From positions 2,400,001 through 2,464,000 of the forward strand of contig CAVUDP010000002.1 of the NCBI GenBank assembly GCA_963740315.1: a DNA stretch of 64,000 nt, in the 5' to 3' direction. Below the pieces are notes generated by a model that saw only the letters and a list, made by a program, of their open reading frames with translations, searched no databases and had not been told where the DNA came from. This DNA comes from an uncultured cyanobacterium (GTDB taxonomy: Bacteria; Cyanobacteriota; Cyanobacteriia; Cyanobacteriales; Nostocaceae). Positions 51,460-60,052 of the stretch are shown here, in pieces (positions within the stretch are counted from its first letter, which is position 1; every line of letters starts with the position of its first letter). The position numbers and the translations under genes were made by a program.

Positions 51460-54354
51460 ATGTCAGAAACAAAGTTAGCTGCATCCTTAAACGGGCAACT
51501 TCCTAACTCGAATAATAAAAATACAATCCGCATTCGCGGTGCTAGGCAGCATAATTTAAAAAATGTCGATCTAGAAATTCCTTCGCGCCAATTGATTGTT
51601 TTTACTGGCGTTTCTGGTTCTGGTAAGTCTTCTTTGGCGTTTGATACTATTTTTGCTGAAGGGCAGCGCCGTTATGTTGAGTCCCTTAGTTCCTATGCGC
51701 GGCAATTTTTGGGACAAATGGATAAGCCGGATGTGGAAGCGATTGAAGGTTTAAGTCCGGCAATTTCTATCGATCAAAAGTCTACTTCTCATAACCCGCG
51801 TTCGACTGTGGGAACGGTAACGGAAATTTACGATTATCTACGTCTGTTGTTTGGTAGGGCTGGCGAACCCCATTGTCCCCAGTGCGATCGCTCTATCGCT
51901 CCCCAAACGATCGATGAAATGGTAGATAAAATCATGGAGCTACCCGATCGCACTAAGTTTCAAATTCTTGCGCCGGTGGTTCGCGGTAAGAAGGGTACTC
52001 ACGTTAAGTTATTATCTAGTCTTGCTTCTCAAGGTTTTGTCCGGGTTCGCATTGATGGCGAGGTGCGAGAACTTTCGGACTCTATCGAATTAGATAAAAA
52101 ATATACTCATACTGTAGAAGTCGTTATCGACCGTTTAATTAAAAAAGACGGGATTGAAGAGCGTTTGGTAGATTCTTTATCTACGTGTTTAAAACAGTCT
52201 AATGGAATAGCTGTGATTCTCTATACTCCCTTGGAAGAGGAGGGGGATAAGAAAGAGGAGAGTAAAGATCGAGAATTAGTATTTTCGGAAAACTTCGCTT
52301 GTCCCGAACATGGCGCGGTAATGGAAGAATTATCGCCGCGTTTATTTTCTTTTAATTCACCTTATGGTGCTTGTTCTAATTGTCACGGAATCGGCACATT
52401 AAAAAGATTTTCTCCCGATTTAGTTGTACCAGATCCTCAAGTCCCAATTTATGCTGCGATCGCGCCTTGGTCGGAAAAGGATAATTCCTATTATTTGGAG
52501 CTACTTTACTCTCTAGGACAGGATTACGGCTTTGAGTTACAAACGCAGTGGCAGAATTTAACCCCGGAGCAGCAGCAGATAGTTTTACAGGGAGAAGAGA
52601 AAACTCCGGAATCGGAACGCACTAAGAAATTTAAAGGCGTGTTACCGATTTTACAGCGGCAGTACGAGGGTGGTTCGGAGTTAATTAAGCACAAATTAGA
52701 ACAGTATATAATCGATCAACCTTGTCCGGTATGCGACGGTAAAAAGTTGAAGCCGGAAGCTTTAGCGGTAAGGTTGGGACAGTACAAAATTCTGGATTTA
52801 ACCGGAGTTTCAATTTTAGATGCTCAGCAAAGAATCAATAATTTACAGTTAAGTAAGCGGCAAATGCAAATTGCAGACTTGGTATTGCGCGAAATCAAAG
52901 CGCGGTTGCAGTTTCTTTTGGATGTGGGTTTAAATTATTTAACTTTAAATCGGACTGCAATGACGCTTTCGGGTGGAGAAGCCCAGCGGATTCGGTTAGC
53001 AACTCAAATCGGTTCGGGGTTGACTGGGGTATTATACGTACTGGATGAACCAAGTATCGGTTTGCACCAGCGTGACAACGCTAAATTGCTGCAAACTTTA
53101 TTTAGATTGCGGGATTTGGGCAATACATTGATTGTAGTAGAACACGATGAAGAAACAATTCGCGCTGCCAACCACGTTGTTGATATCGGTCCTGGTGCGG
53201 GTATTCACGGAGGTCATATTGTAGCAGAAGGCGATTTACAGGCGTTGTTAGATGCGGAGGATTCCTTAACTGGTGCTTACTTATCGGGAAGACGAGTAAT
53301 TGCAACTCCCGCCCAAAGAAGAGAAGGAAACGGCATCAATTTAGTAATTCAAAACGCCCGTCGTAACAATCTGCGGAATATAGATGTAGAAATTCCTTTA
53401 GGTAAATTAGTTTCGGTAACGGGTGTTTCGGGTTCGGGTAAATCAACTTTAATCAACGAATTGCTTTATCCAGCACTGCAACACCACCTGAGTAAAAAAG
53501 TGCCCATGCCCAAAGACATCGACGGCATGAAGGGATTAAAAGCAGTTGATAAAGCAATTGTAATCGATCAGTCACCCATCGGTAGAACTCCTCGTTCTAA
53601 CCCCGCAACTTATACGGGCATATTTGACGCAATTCGCACGGTATTTTCCGAAACCATCGAAGCCAAAGCGCGGGGTTACAAACCGGGACAATTTTCTTTT
53701 AACGTCAAGGGCGGACGTTGTGAAGCCTGTGCTGGACAAGGTGTCAACGTAATCGAGATGAATTTTCTGCCAGATGTCTACGTACAGTGCGAAGTCTGCA
53801 AAGGTGCCAGATATAACCGCGAAACATTGCAGGTAAAATACAAAGATAAATCAATTTCCGATGTTCTTAACATGACAACGGAGGAAGCTTTGGAATTTTT
53901 CACCAATATTCCCAAAGCAGTAAATAAACTGCAAACTTTAGTAGATGTCGGTTTGGGATACGTACAGCTTGGGCAACCTGCTACAACCTTATCGGGTGGT
54001 GAAGCGCAGCGGGTGAAATTAGCCACAGAATTATCTCGTCGCGCTACCGGGAAGACACTTTACTTAATCGATGAACCCACTACCGGATTATCATTTTACG
54101 ACGTACATAAATTATTAGATGTACTGCAAAGATTGGTAGATAAAGGTAATTCGATTTTAGTTATCGAACATAATTTAGATGTTATTCGCTGTGCCGATTG
54201 GGTAATAGATTTAGGTCCCGAAGGAGGAGATAAAGGCGGGGAAGTTATTGCTGTGGGAACTCCAGAAGATGTTGCAAAGAATGAAAAATCCTATACGGGG
54301 AGGTATTTGAAGCAGGTATTAAAGCAGTATCCGGCTGTAGCTGCGAAAAAGTAA
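51460..54354 (+). CDS. uvrA: Excinuclease ABC subunit A (ATG 51460 preferred over TTG 51388)
   Basis: Two GVSGSGKS Walker A, two LSGGEAQR, Zn-finger Cys pairs. Confidence 0.97.
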   Translation: MSETKLAASLNGQLPNSNNKNTIRIRGARQHNLKNVDLEIPSRQLIVFTGVSGSGKSSLAFDTIFAEGQRRYVESLSSYARQFLGQMDKPDVEAIEGLSPAISIDQKSTSHNPRSTVGTVTEIYDYLRLLFGRAGEPHCPQCDRSIAPQTIDEMVDKIMELPDRTKFQILAPVVRGKKGTHVKLLSSLASQGFVRVRIDGEVRELSDSIELDKKYTHTVEVVIDRLIKKDGIEERLVDSLSTCLKQSNGIAVILYTPLEEEGDKKEESKDRELVFSENFACPEHGAVMEELSPRLFSFNSPYGACSNCHGIGTLKRFSPDLVVPDPQVPIYAAIAPWSEKDNSYYLELLYSLGQDYGFELQTQWQNLTPEQQQIVLQGEEKTPESERTKKFKGVLPILQRQYEGGSELIKHKLEQYIIDQPCPVCDGKKLKPEALAVRLGQYKILDLTGVSILDAQQRINNLQLSKRQMQIADLVLREIKARLQFLLDVGLNYLTLNRTAMTLSGGEAQRIRLATQIGSGLTGVLYVLDEPSIGLHQRDNAKLLQTLFRLRDLGNTLIVVEHDEETIRAANHVVDIGPGAGIHGGHIVAEGDLQALLDAEDSLTGAYLSGRRVIATPAQRREGNGINLVIQNARRNNLRNIDVEIPLGKLVSVTGVSGSGKSTLINELLYPALQHHLSKKVPMPKDIDGMKGLKAVDKAIVIDQSPIGRTPRSNPATYTGIFDAIRTVFSETIEAKARGYKPGQFSFNVKGGRCEACAGQGVNVIEMNFLPDVYVQCEVCKGARYNRETLQVKYKDKSISDVLNMTTEEALEFFTNIPKAVNKLQTLVDVGLGYVQLGQPATTLSGGEAQRVKLATELSRRATGKTLYLIDEPTTGLSFYDVHKLLDVLQRLVDKGNSILVIEHNLDVIRCADWVIDLGPEGGDKGGEVIAVGTPEDVAKNEKSYTGRYLKQVLKQYPAVAAKK

Positions 54355-54490
54355 AATAACTATTTTATGTTTAAAGGTGATGCTGAGGAAACTGGAGAAT
54401 AAGAAATAGTTGCAGACTTTTAACAATTTGTAAATGCGCGGTTGTACTCTTCGTATTAAGGAGTGCGATCGCCATCTTCTAATTCCGCTT

Positions 54491-54668
54491 TTACCAAACA
54501 ATACTGATTCCAGACGAGGTAATTTTATTATCTTTACTAATTAAGAATATAAATTAACAATTCATCTTTATCGCATTTATTAAAAACTTCGTTTGCAGCA
54601 GTACTTAGACGCGAACTATCCTCTAAATACCAAATTAAAGCATGGGTATCAGCAACTGCATCCGACAT
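54491..54668 (-). pseudogene. PIN/VapC toxin remnant with internal deletion
   Basis: MSDAVADTHALIWYLEDSSRLS...LLIYI joined out of frame to LISKDNKITSSGISIVW*. Confidence 0.75.
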
Positions 54669-54906
54669 CAAACATCCTCACGCGGAAAGTTACTCCACAT
54701 TTATTTTCTAACTTGATTAATATCTGATTCAGTAACATTAGCACCTTGCCAAATACCTCTCAAAGATTGTCGCGGTTTGGGTTGAATATTCGTTAATTCC
54801 TTTTCAATTTGAGGGGCAATTTGTTCAATTAAGCGAACTTTATCAAAAGCGCGAAAGTTGCTTTACTAATTCTAAAGTTGCATAAGAAAGTGACTATTTT
54901 TTCCAT
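54668..54906 (-). pseudogene. Antitoxin remnant (frameshifts and internal stop)
   Basis: Fragments LELVKQLS / DKVRLIEQIAPQIEKEL...QVRK*MWSNFPREDV; TGATG overlap with the toxin start. Confidence 0.7.
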
Positions 54907-54996
54907 TTATTTTACCTTAGCCCTTTTTAAAAAGTCTATCACACCTATTTTTTAATGGGGTAGTTTAGAATAACTTAATTATATAATTATTGATTA

Positions 54997-55986
54997 TCAA
55001 TTATCGCCAAAGTTTAACACAAGCTGTTTCGGTTCTAATTGAGGTGTTGATTTGTTTTCAATATATTTAATAATCGCATTAGCAACATACTCACCTAATT
55101 TAACTGGTACAGCATTACCAATCATTTGTTCCAAATCAGTTTTTGTTTGATTCTGGGTATCGAAATCAAAATCTTTAGGAAATGTTTGTATATAGCTTCT
55201 TTCAATTGTTGTTAGAGGTCGAATTTCCTTTATTAAAGAAGTTGCATCTGCTTTATGTAACTGATATGTTTTTGGTATTGGTCTATTCACACCCCTAATA
55301 GTTGGACTTGGTTCATCAATACTAAAAATGCCTCTTCTAGCATAAGTTCTAGGATGTCTATAATAATACTCTATTCCTAATGTATCTCCTAAATAATCTC
55401 TAACAGACATAGGTTTTTCAGAAAAACTTTGATTAATGTATGTTAATAATTCATTATCCTCGCCATTTAATTTACCTATACAGATGTACCTCTTTCTATT
55501 TTGAGGAACACCACAAAGACTTGCTTTAATTATTGTTTCAGTTAAACCATAGTTACTTGCTTTAAATATATCTATTACCTGACATCTTTTTTCGCTTTTC
55601 TTATATCTTTCAACATTTTCCATTACAAACCATTGAGGCTTAATAAAGGCAATTATTTTTGCGAAAATAATGCTTAAATCGCCTCTACCCAAATTTTCAT
55701 TTCTTTTTCCTGCACTAGAGAAATCTTGACAGGGTGGTCCCCCAATCACTATATCGCAATCAAATTTTTCAAAGACTGTATAATTATCATTCAAACCGCT
55801 TAAATCGCAATTGTATATCGGATGATGAAAATTTTTTTTATAAACTTCAATTGCAGGTTGCCAATTATCAAAAGCACCAATTATTTTAAATCCAGCATTC
55901 CCGAATCCAAGTGATAAACCTCCACATCCTGCAAAAATATCAATTGCTTTTAAATTTAAGAATTTTTTATTCATATAAGATTGCAT
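54997..55986 (-). CDS. DNA (cytosine-5) methyltransferase, M.HgiDI-like (probably GRCGYC)
   Basis: FAGCGG, GGPPCQDFS, ENV, QNRKR, GNAVP; target-recognition segment YYYRHPRTYARR...SPTIRGVNRP recalled from M.HgiDI. Confidence 0.85.
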   Translation of the reverse strand: MQSYMNKKFLNLKAIDIFAGCGGLSLGFGNAGFKIIGAFDNWQPAIEVYKKNFHHPIYNCDLSGLNDNYTVFEKFDCDIVIGGPPCQDFSSAGKRNENLGRGDLSIIFAKIIAFIKPQWFVMENVERYKKSEKRCQVIDIFKASNYGLTETIIKASLCGVPQNRKRYICIGKLNGEDNELLTYINQSFSEKPMSVRDYLGDTLGIEYYYRHPRTYARRGIFSIDEPSPTIRGVNRPIPKTYQLHKADATSLIKEIRPLTTIERSYIQTFPKDFDFDTQNQTKTDLEQMIGNAVPVKLGEYVANAIIKYIENKSTPQLEPKQLVLNFGDN

Positions 55987-55998
55987 AAAAGTATTTTA

Positions 55999-56157
55999 TT
56001 AGATATCCTTCAAAGATTCATCAAAAATTTCTGGATTGCTTAGAACAATAGCATCAAAACGCCTCTCAGGACTTAAATAATTTTGTCCTCCACCAAGAAT
56101 AATATTTCTTATCTCTTCTTTCTGGATTCGTGGTGTTCTTAATTCTGGGGATGCCAT
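55999..56157 (-). pseudogene. C-terminal remnant of a HindVP/HgiDI-family restriction endonuclease
   Basis: MASPELRTPRIQKEEIRNIILGGGQNYLSPERRFDAIV... immediately upstream of the MTase. Confidence 0.65.
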
Positions 56158-56360
56158 GTAAGCATAAGTATTTACGTTACGATCGCGTAAATGCTATATC
56201 TATTAATAAAGGCAGGTAAGAATGTATATTGGATTACTTAATTTTGATTTACTTCTTGTTGTAGATTGAGTCCCGATGCTGAAAGTAGTAGAATGTAATT
56301 ATATAAGTAATTAATTCTTCACAGAATCAACTCTACTTGAAATAAACAACAAATAGTGTA

Positions 56361-56936
56361 ATGCGATTCTCCAACCTCAAAAATATTTTATTAGCAATTA
56401 TTTTTGTAAGTGTATTTTATCTAGCGATGGTATTTGCTCTACAAAATATAGGTTTAGACAACGCTCAACTATTTATCAAACAAACTGGAGTTTGGGCACC
56501 TATAGTATTTATAGCTTTATGTGCGGTAAGCTTAATTTTTGCACCTTTGAGCGGAAGTTCGTTGTTTATAGTTGGTGGAACGTTATTTGGCAAACAGAAT
56601 GCTTTTTTATTAAGTTATATAGCTAGTATTATCGGATGCAGCGCTAATTTTTGGATATCGCGGAAATTTGGCAGAAAAATAGCTCAAAGATTTATAGGGA
56701 AAACTAATTTAGATGATTTAGATAAATTTATTAACAGATTAAAAAGTCGTCGCAGCATTTTGTATATGATAATCACAATGCCACTTTCCCAAGATATAGT
56801 TAGCTATGCTATCGGTTTAACAAAAATAAAATATACTTACTTTTTAATTGCTTTAATATTAAGCAGCACCATAGTTGTTTCTGGATATGTATATATTGGT
56901 TCGAGTTTGCTAGAATTGTTTATTCAACCTAAATAG
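56361..56936 (+). CDS. TVP38/TMEM64 (DedA/VTT) membrane protein
   Basis: Multiple TMs; GGTLFG, ISRKFGR, SYAIGLT. Confidence 0.85.
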   Translation: MRFSNLKNILLAIIFVSVFYLAMVFALQNIGLDNAQLFIKQTGVWAPIVFIALCAVSLIFAPLSGSSLFIVGGTLFGKQNAFLLSYIASIIGCSANFWISRKFGRKIAQRFIGKTNLDDLDKFINRLKSRRSILYMIITMPLSQDIVSYAIGLTKIKYTYFLIALILSSTIVVSGYVYIGSSLLELFIQPK

Positions 56937-57024
56937 GCGATCGCCAGCAGCATCGACTTAAATAAAAATTGGGTTGGGGTTGTGCCAGCGTAAAGGTTGA
57001 CGACGCATCCTATTTACTCTCACC

Positions 57025-57086
57025 TGCTATAATATTGTCGTTTTTCAATTTAATTTCAACTTGATTTAAACCTAAATTCAATGTAC
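57025..57086 (+). promoter_or_regulatory. Extended -10 element followed by four 11-bp-period direct repeats
   Basis: TGCTATAAT at 57025-57033; TTTCAATTTAA TTTCAACTTGA TTTAAACCTAA ATTCAATGTAC at 57043-57086. Confidence 0.5.
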
Positions 57087-57147
57087 GTCTTCATAAGGTG
57101 GTGATAACCTTATAGTAAAGCAGAAAGGCACTGAGTTGGATTAAATC

Positions 57148-57906
57148 ATGGATCCAGAATACCCATTTTTAGAAGTTCAAAGACCAGATGGTTCGGAAGA
57201 TATTATAAAACTTAAAGATATTATCGATCGGCAAAATTGTAAACATTTTGTCACAATCGGGCGCTCTAAAGAAAATGATATTGTATTACCCGATCCATAT
57301 AAAAAAGTATCTCGAAGACATTGTATATTAGAGCATAATATCGGTCATTGGTGGGTTGTAGATGAAGGTAGTGCCAATGGTACTTTTGTACAGCGTAACG
57401 AGAAAGATTTTCTTGATGTTCGTAGTGATGGAAGGTTAGCTTTAGCTGATGGGGATGAAATTCTGATATTAGGTAAGTTTATCGAACCGGATGACTATAT
57501 TTTTTGGCATTTGAAATTTCGAGATCCAAACCAAACTCAGGAAGTAAAAACGTTTCAACATGTAGAGGCTTTGGAATATAGTTTGAGTCAAGAAAAGCTA
57601 TTTCGTAAAACGTCTCGAAACCGAGAAGAAATTAAATTAACTCCACAAGAAAGAAGATTAATTCATCACATGGCTGAATGCAACTATCAAAATCAGCATC
57701 AGCCAGTAATGTGTAGCTATGAAGAATTATTGCAGGCAATTTGGTTAGAAAAGTTTGGTCATACTAATGCCGAAGTTAATCGCTTGATTTGGAGTATTCG
57801 CAATAAGATAGAAGCGGACTCTGGCGAACCGAAGTTTCTCCAAACAGTCAAAGGTAGTGGTTATATACTTAACGTTAATATTAAGAAATATGAGGACATT
57901 GGTTGA
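57148..57906 (+). CDS. FHA domain - OmpR/PhoB-type winged-helix transcription regulator
   Basis: FHA TIGR, VSRRH, SANGT; wHTH LTPQERRL, IRNKIE, LQTVKGSGY. Confidence 0.88.
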   Translation: MDPEYPFLEVQRPDGSEDIIKLKDIIDRQNCKHFVTIGRSKENDIVLPDPYKKVSRRHCILEHNIGHWWVVDEGSANGTFVQRNEKDFLDVRSDGRLALADGDEILILGKFIEPDDYIFWHLKFRDPNQTQEVKTFQHVEALEYSLSQEKLFRKTSRNREEIKLTPQERRLIHHMAECNYQNQHQPVMCSYEELLQAIWLEKFGHTNAEVNRLIWSIRNKIEADSGEPKFLQTVKGSGYILNVNIKKYEDIG

Positions 57907-58054
57907 CGGTATTACCACGTTACAGAGGGTTTATTTTGTCACATTATGTAAATAAATTTTATAAAAATGGAAACTTTTGCGTAAAAACCAGGATATAGCT
58001 ATGAATAATATATAGGATGCGAACGCGAATTATCGTAAAGCAGACAACAAAGGC

Positions 58055-60052
58055 ATGAACAATTACAAAAACGATCTAATGAAATGGAATGGTTTTCCGT
58101 TTTGGCGATTTTCCAGACGTAACCAGGATAATATGGAAGGCAGAATACTCCGGGAAAAGTACAGAATTAAGCATAAAATGGGTGGAATTGGCGGTTTTGG
58201 GGAAACTTTTATCGCTGAAGGTTTAAATTCTCCAGATGATAAATATTATGTAGTCAAAAAACTCAAGCCAACCATAACAAATCCGCGAATTTGGGAACAG
58301 TTTGCTAAAGAAGCATCAGTTTTGAAAGAATTGGGACAATTTCATCCGTTGATTCCCGAAGTTTATGATTATTTTGAACAATATAAAGAATTTTACCTCG
58401 TACAAGAGCATATTGATGGACACGATTTAACCCAGGAAATTCGTTCCGGAAAATGTTGGAATGAAGCTCAAACCAAGGAATTTTTAGCAACCATTTTAGA
58501 AATACTCAGCTTTGTCCATAACCGAGGAAAACTTCATATGGATATTAAACCGGCGAACATCATGCGGAGAAAAAGCGATCGCCAACTGATGTTAATAGAC
58601 TTTGGCTCGGTGAAGCAAATCAGTACCCAGGTAATAGAAAACGGAGAAATCCGCATCAATCCGACTACACTCGTCTTTTGTACTCCCGGTTATGCAGCAC
58701 CCGAACAGTTAAACTGCAAACCACATTTTTTTAGTAGTGACATTTATGCAGTTGGAATCACCGCAATTGAAGCTTTAACTGGCATATCTGCAAGAGAATT
58801 ATCTAAAGAAAGTGGGAGAATAATCTGGCGCGATCGGGTTGGCGATCGTGTTAGTGATGGTTTCGCGGCTTTTTTGAGCAAAATGGTATCTTATAACTGG
58901 GAGCAGCGTTACAAGGATGCCAAGATTGCATTGCAAGAGTTACGAAGTCTAGATAACGGTGATGAACCAACTGACTCTTCACAACCACCGATATCTATCC
59001 CAGACACAATTCCACCTTTAGAATTTCCTAATGGTCCGGTTCGTTTAAATTCACCATTTTACATAGAACGTTGCAATAGTAATATGTATGGGCGCAGTAC
59101 AGCTTTACGGCGCATCAAAGCTCCGAGAAAGTGGGGGAAAACCTCTGCAACTATTCGCACGATCGAGCATGAACGACAGCAAGGATTTCATATTGTCTGC
59201 TTAAACTTTCAAGAATTTGATACAGATACAGATGCATTACAAAACTTAGGCATTTTCTTACAAAAGTTCTGCGAAAGTATTATTCAAGAGTTGAATGAGA
59301 AAGGATTAATTATAGAAAATAATGTCGCCGAGTATTGGCAAAATTCTTCAGATCCAAATAATAAAACTAAATGTAGAAGATATATTCAGAAATATGTACT
59401 AAATGTAATTAATAAACCTTTAGTAATTTTATTAGATGAAGTCGATAGATTATTTGGTAATTCTCAAATAGATGCCGAATTCTTCGCACTTTTGCGAGTG
59501 TTTTACGAAAGAAGTGCATCCGAAGAAACTTGGCAAAAACTGAAAATTATCATTGTACATTCTCAAGACTATACGGAAACAAGTAAAAATAAATCGCCTT
59601 TTAACGTTGGAGAATCTATCGAGCTACCCGAATTCGATGAATCGCAGATAAAAAAATTATTACAACTACATGGTTTGAATTGGAAACCCGAACAAATCAA
59701 ACAGCTAATGGAATTAATTGGAGGTCATCCGTATATGGTGCGTATGGCTTTGTACAAGATTGCCAATCAAGAAATAACATTTTCTGAGTTTTTAGAGTTA
59801 GCACCAACAGAAGCTAGTTTCTTTGCTCCCGATTTACTTTACCACTGGAGGAATTTAGAAAAATATAATGTTCAAAATGAGTATAGAAAGGTATTAGCTA
59901 CGAAAGAAGCAGTACAAATAGATGCTCAAAAAGCGAACATCTTAGAAAGTATGGGATTAATCAAACGTGACAAAAAAAATCCCAACAAAGTCAAATGTTT
60001 TTGTCAGTTATATCGCCTCTATTTTAGCCAGTATTTAGGATTAGACAAATGA
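58055..60052 (+). CDS. Ser/Thr protein kinase fused to an AAA_35-type P-loop NTPase
   Basis: GIGGFG, VVKK, HMDIKPAN, IDFG, YAAPE; GPVRLNSPFYIER, APRKWGKTS, ILLDEVD, SPFNVG, GGHPY. Confidence 0.88.
   Translation: MNNYKNDLMKWNGFPFWRFSRRNQDNMEGRILREKYRIKHKMGGIGGFGETFIAEGLNSPDDKYYVVKKLKPTITNPRIWEQFAKEASVLKELGQFHPLIPEVYDYFEQYKEFYLVQEHIDGHDLTQEIRSGKCWNEAQTKEFLATILEILSFVHNRGKLHMDIKPANIMRRKSDRQLMLIDFGSVKQISTQVIENGEIRINPTTLVFCTPGYAAPEQLNCKPHFFSSDIYAVGITAIEALTGISARELSKESGRIIWRDRVGDRVSDGFAAFLSKMVSYNWEQRYKDAKIALQELRSLDNGDEPTDSSQPPISIPDTIPPLEFPNGPVRLNSPFYIERCNSNMYGRSTALRRIKAPRKWGKTSATIRTIEHERQQGFHIVCLNFQEFDTDTDALQNLGIFLQKFCESIIQELNEKGLIIENNVAEYWQNSSDPNNKTKCRRYIQKYVLNVINKPLVILLDEVDRLFGNSQIDAEFFALLRVFYERSASEETWQKLKIIIVHSQDYTETSKNKSPFNVGESIELPEFDESQIKKLLQLHGLNWKPEQIKQLMELIGGHPYMVRMALYKIANQEITFSEFLELAPTEASFFAPDLLYHWRNLEKYNVQNEYRKVLATKEAVQIDAQKANILESMGLIKRDKKNPNKVKCFCQLYRLYFSQYLGLDK

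Noticed and set aside
56997..57002. TTGACG as the -35 for the FHA regulator promoter
   Set aside because: 25 nt from the -10, too far; the extended -10 is sufficient
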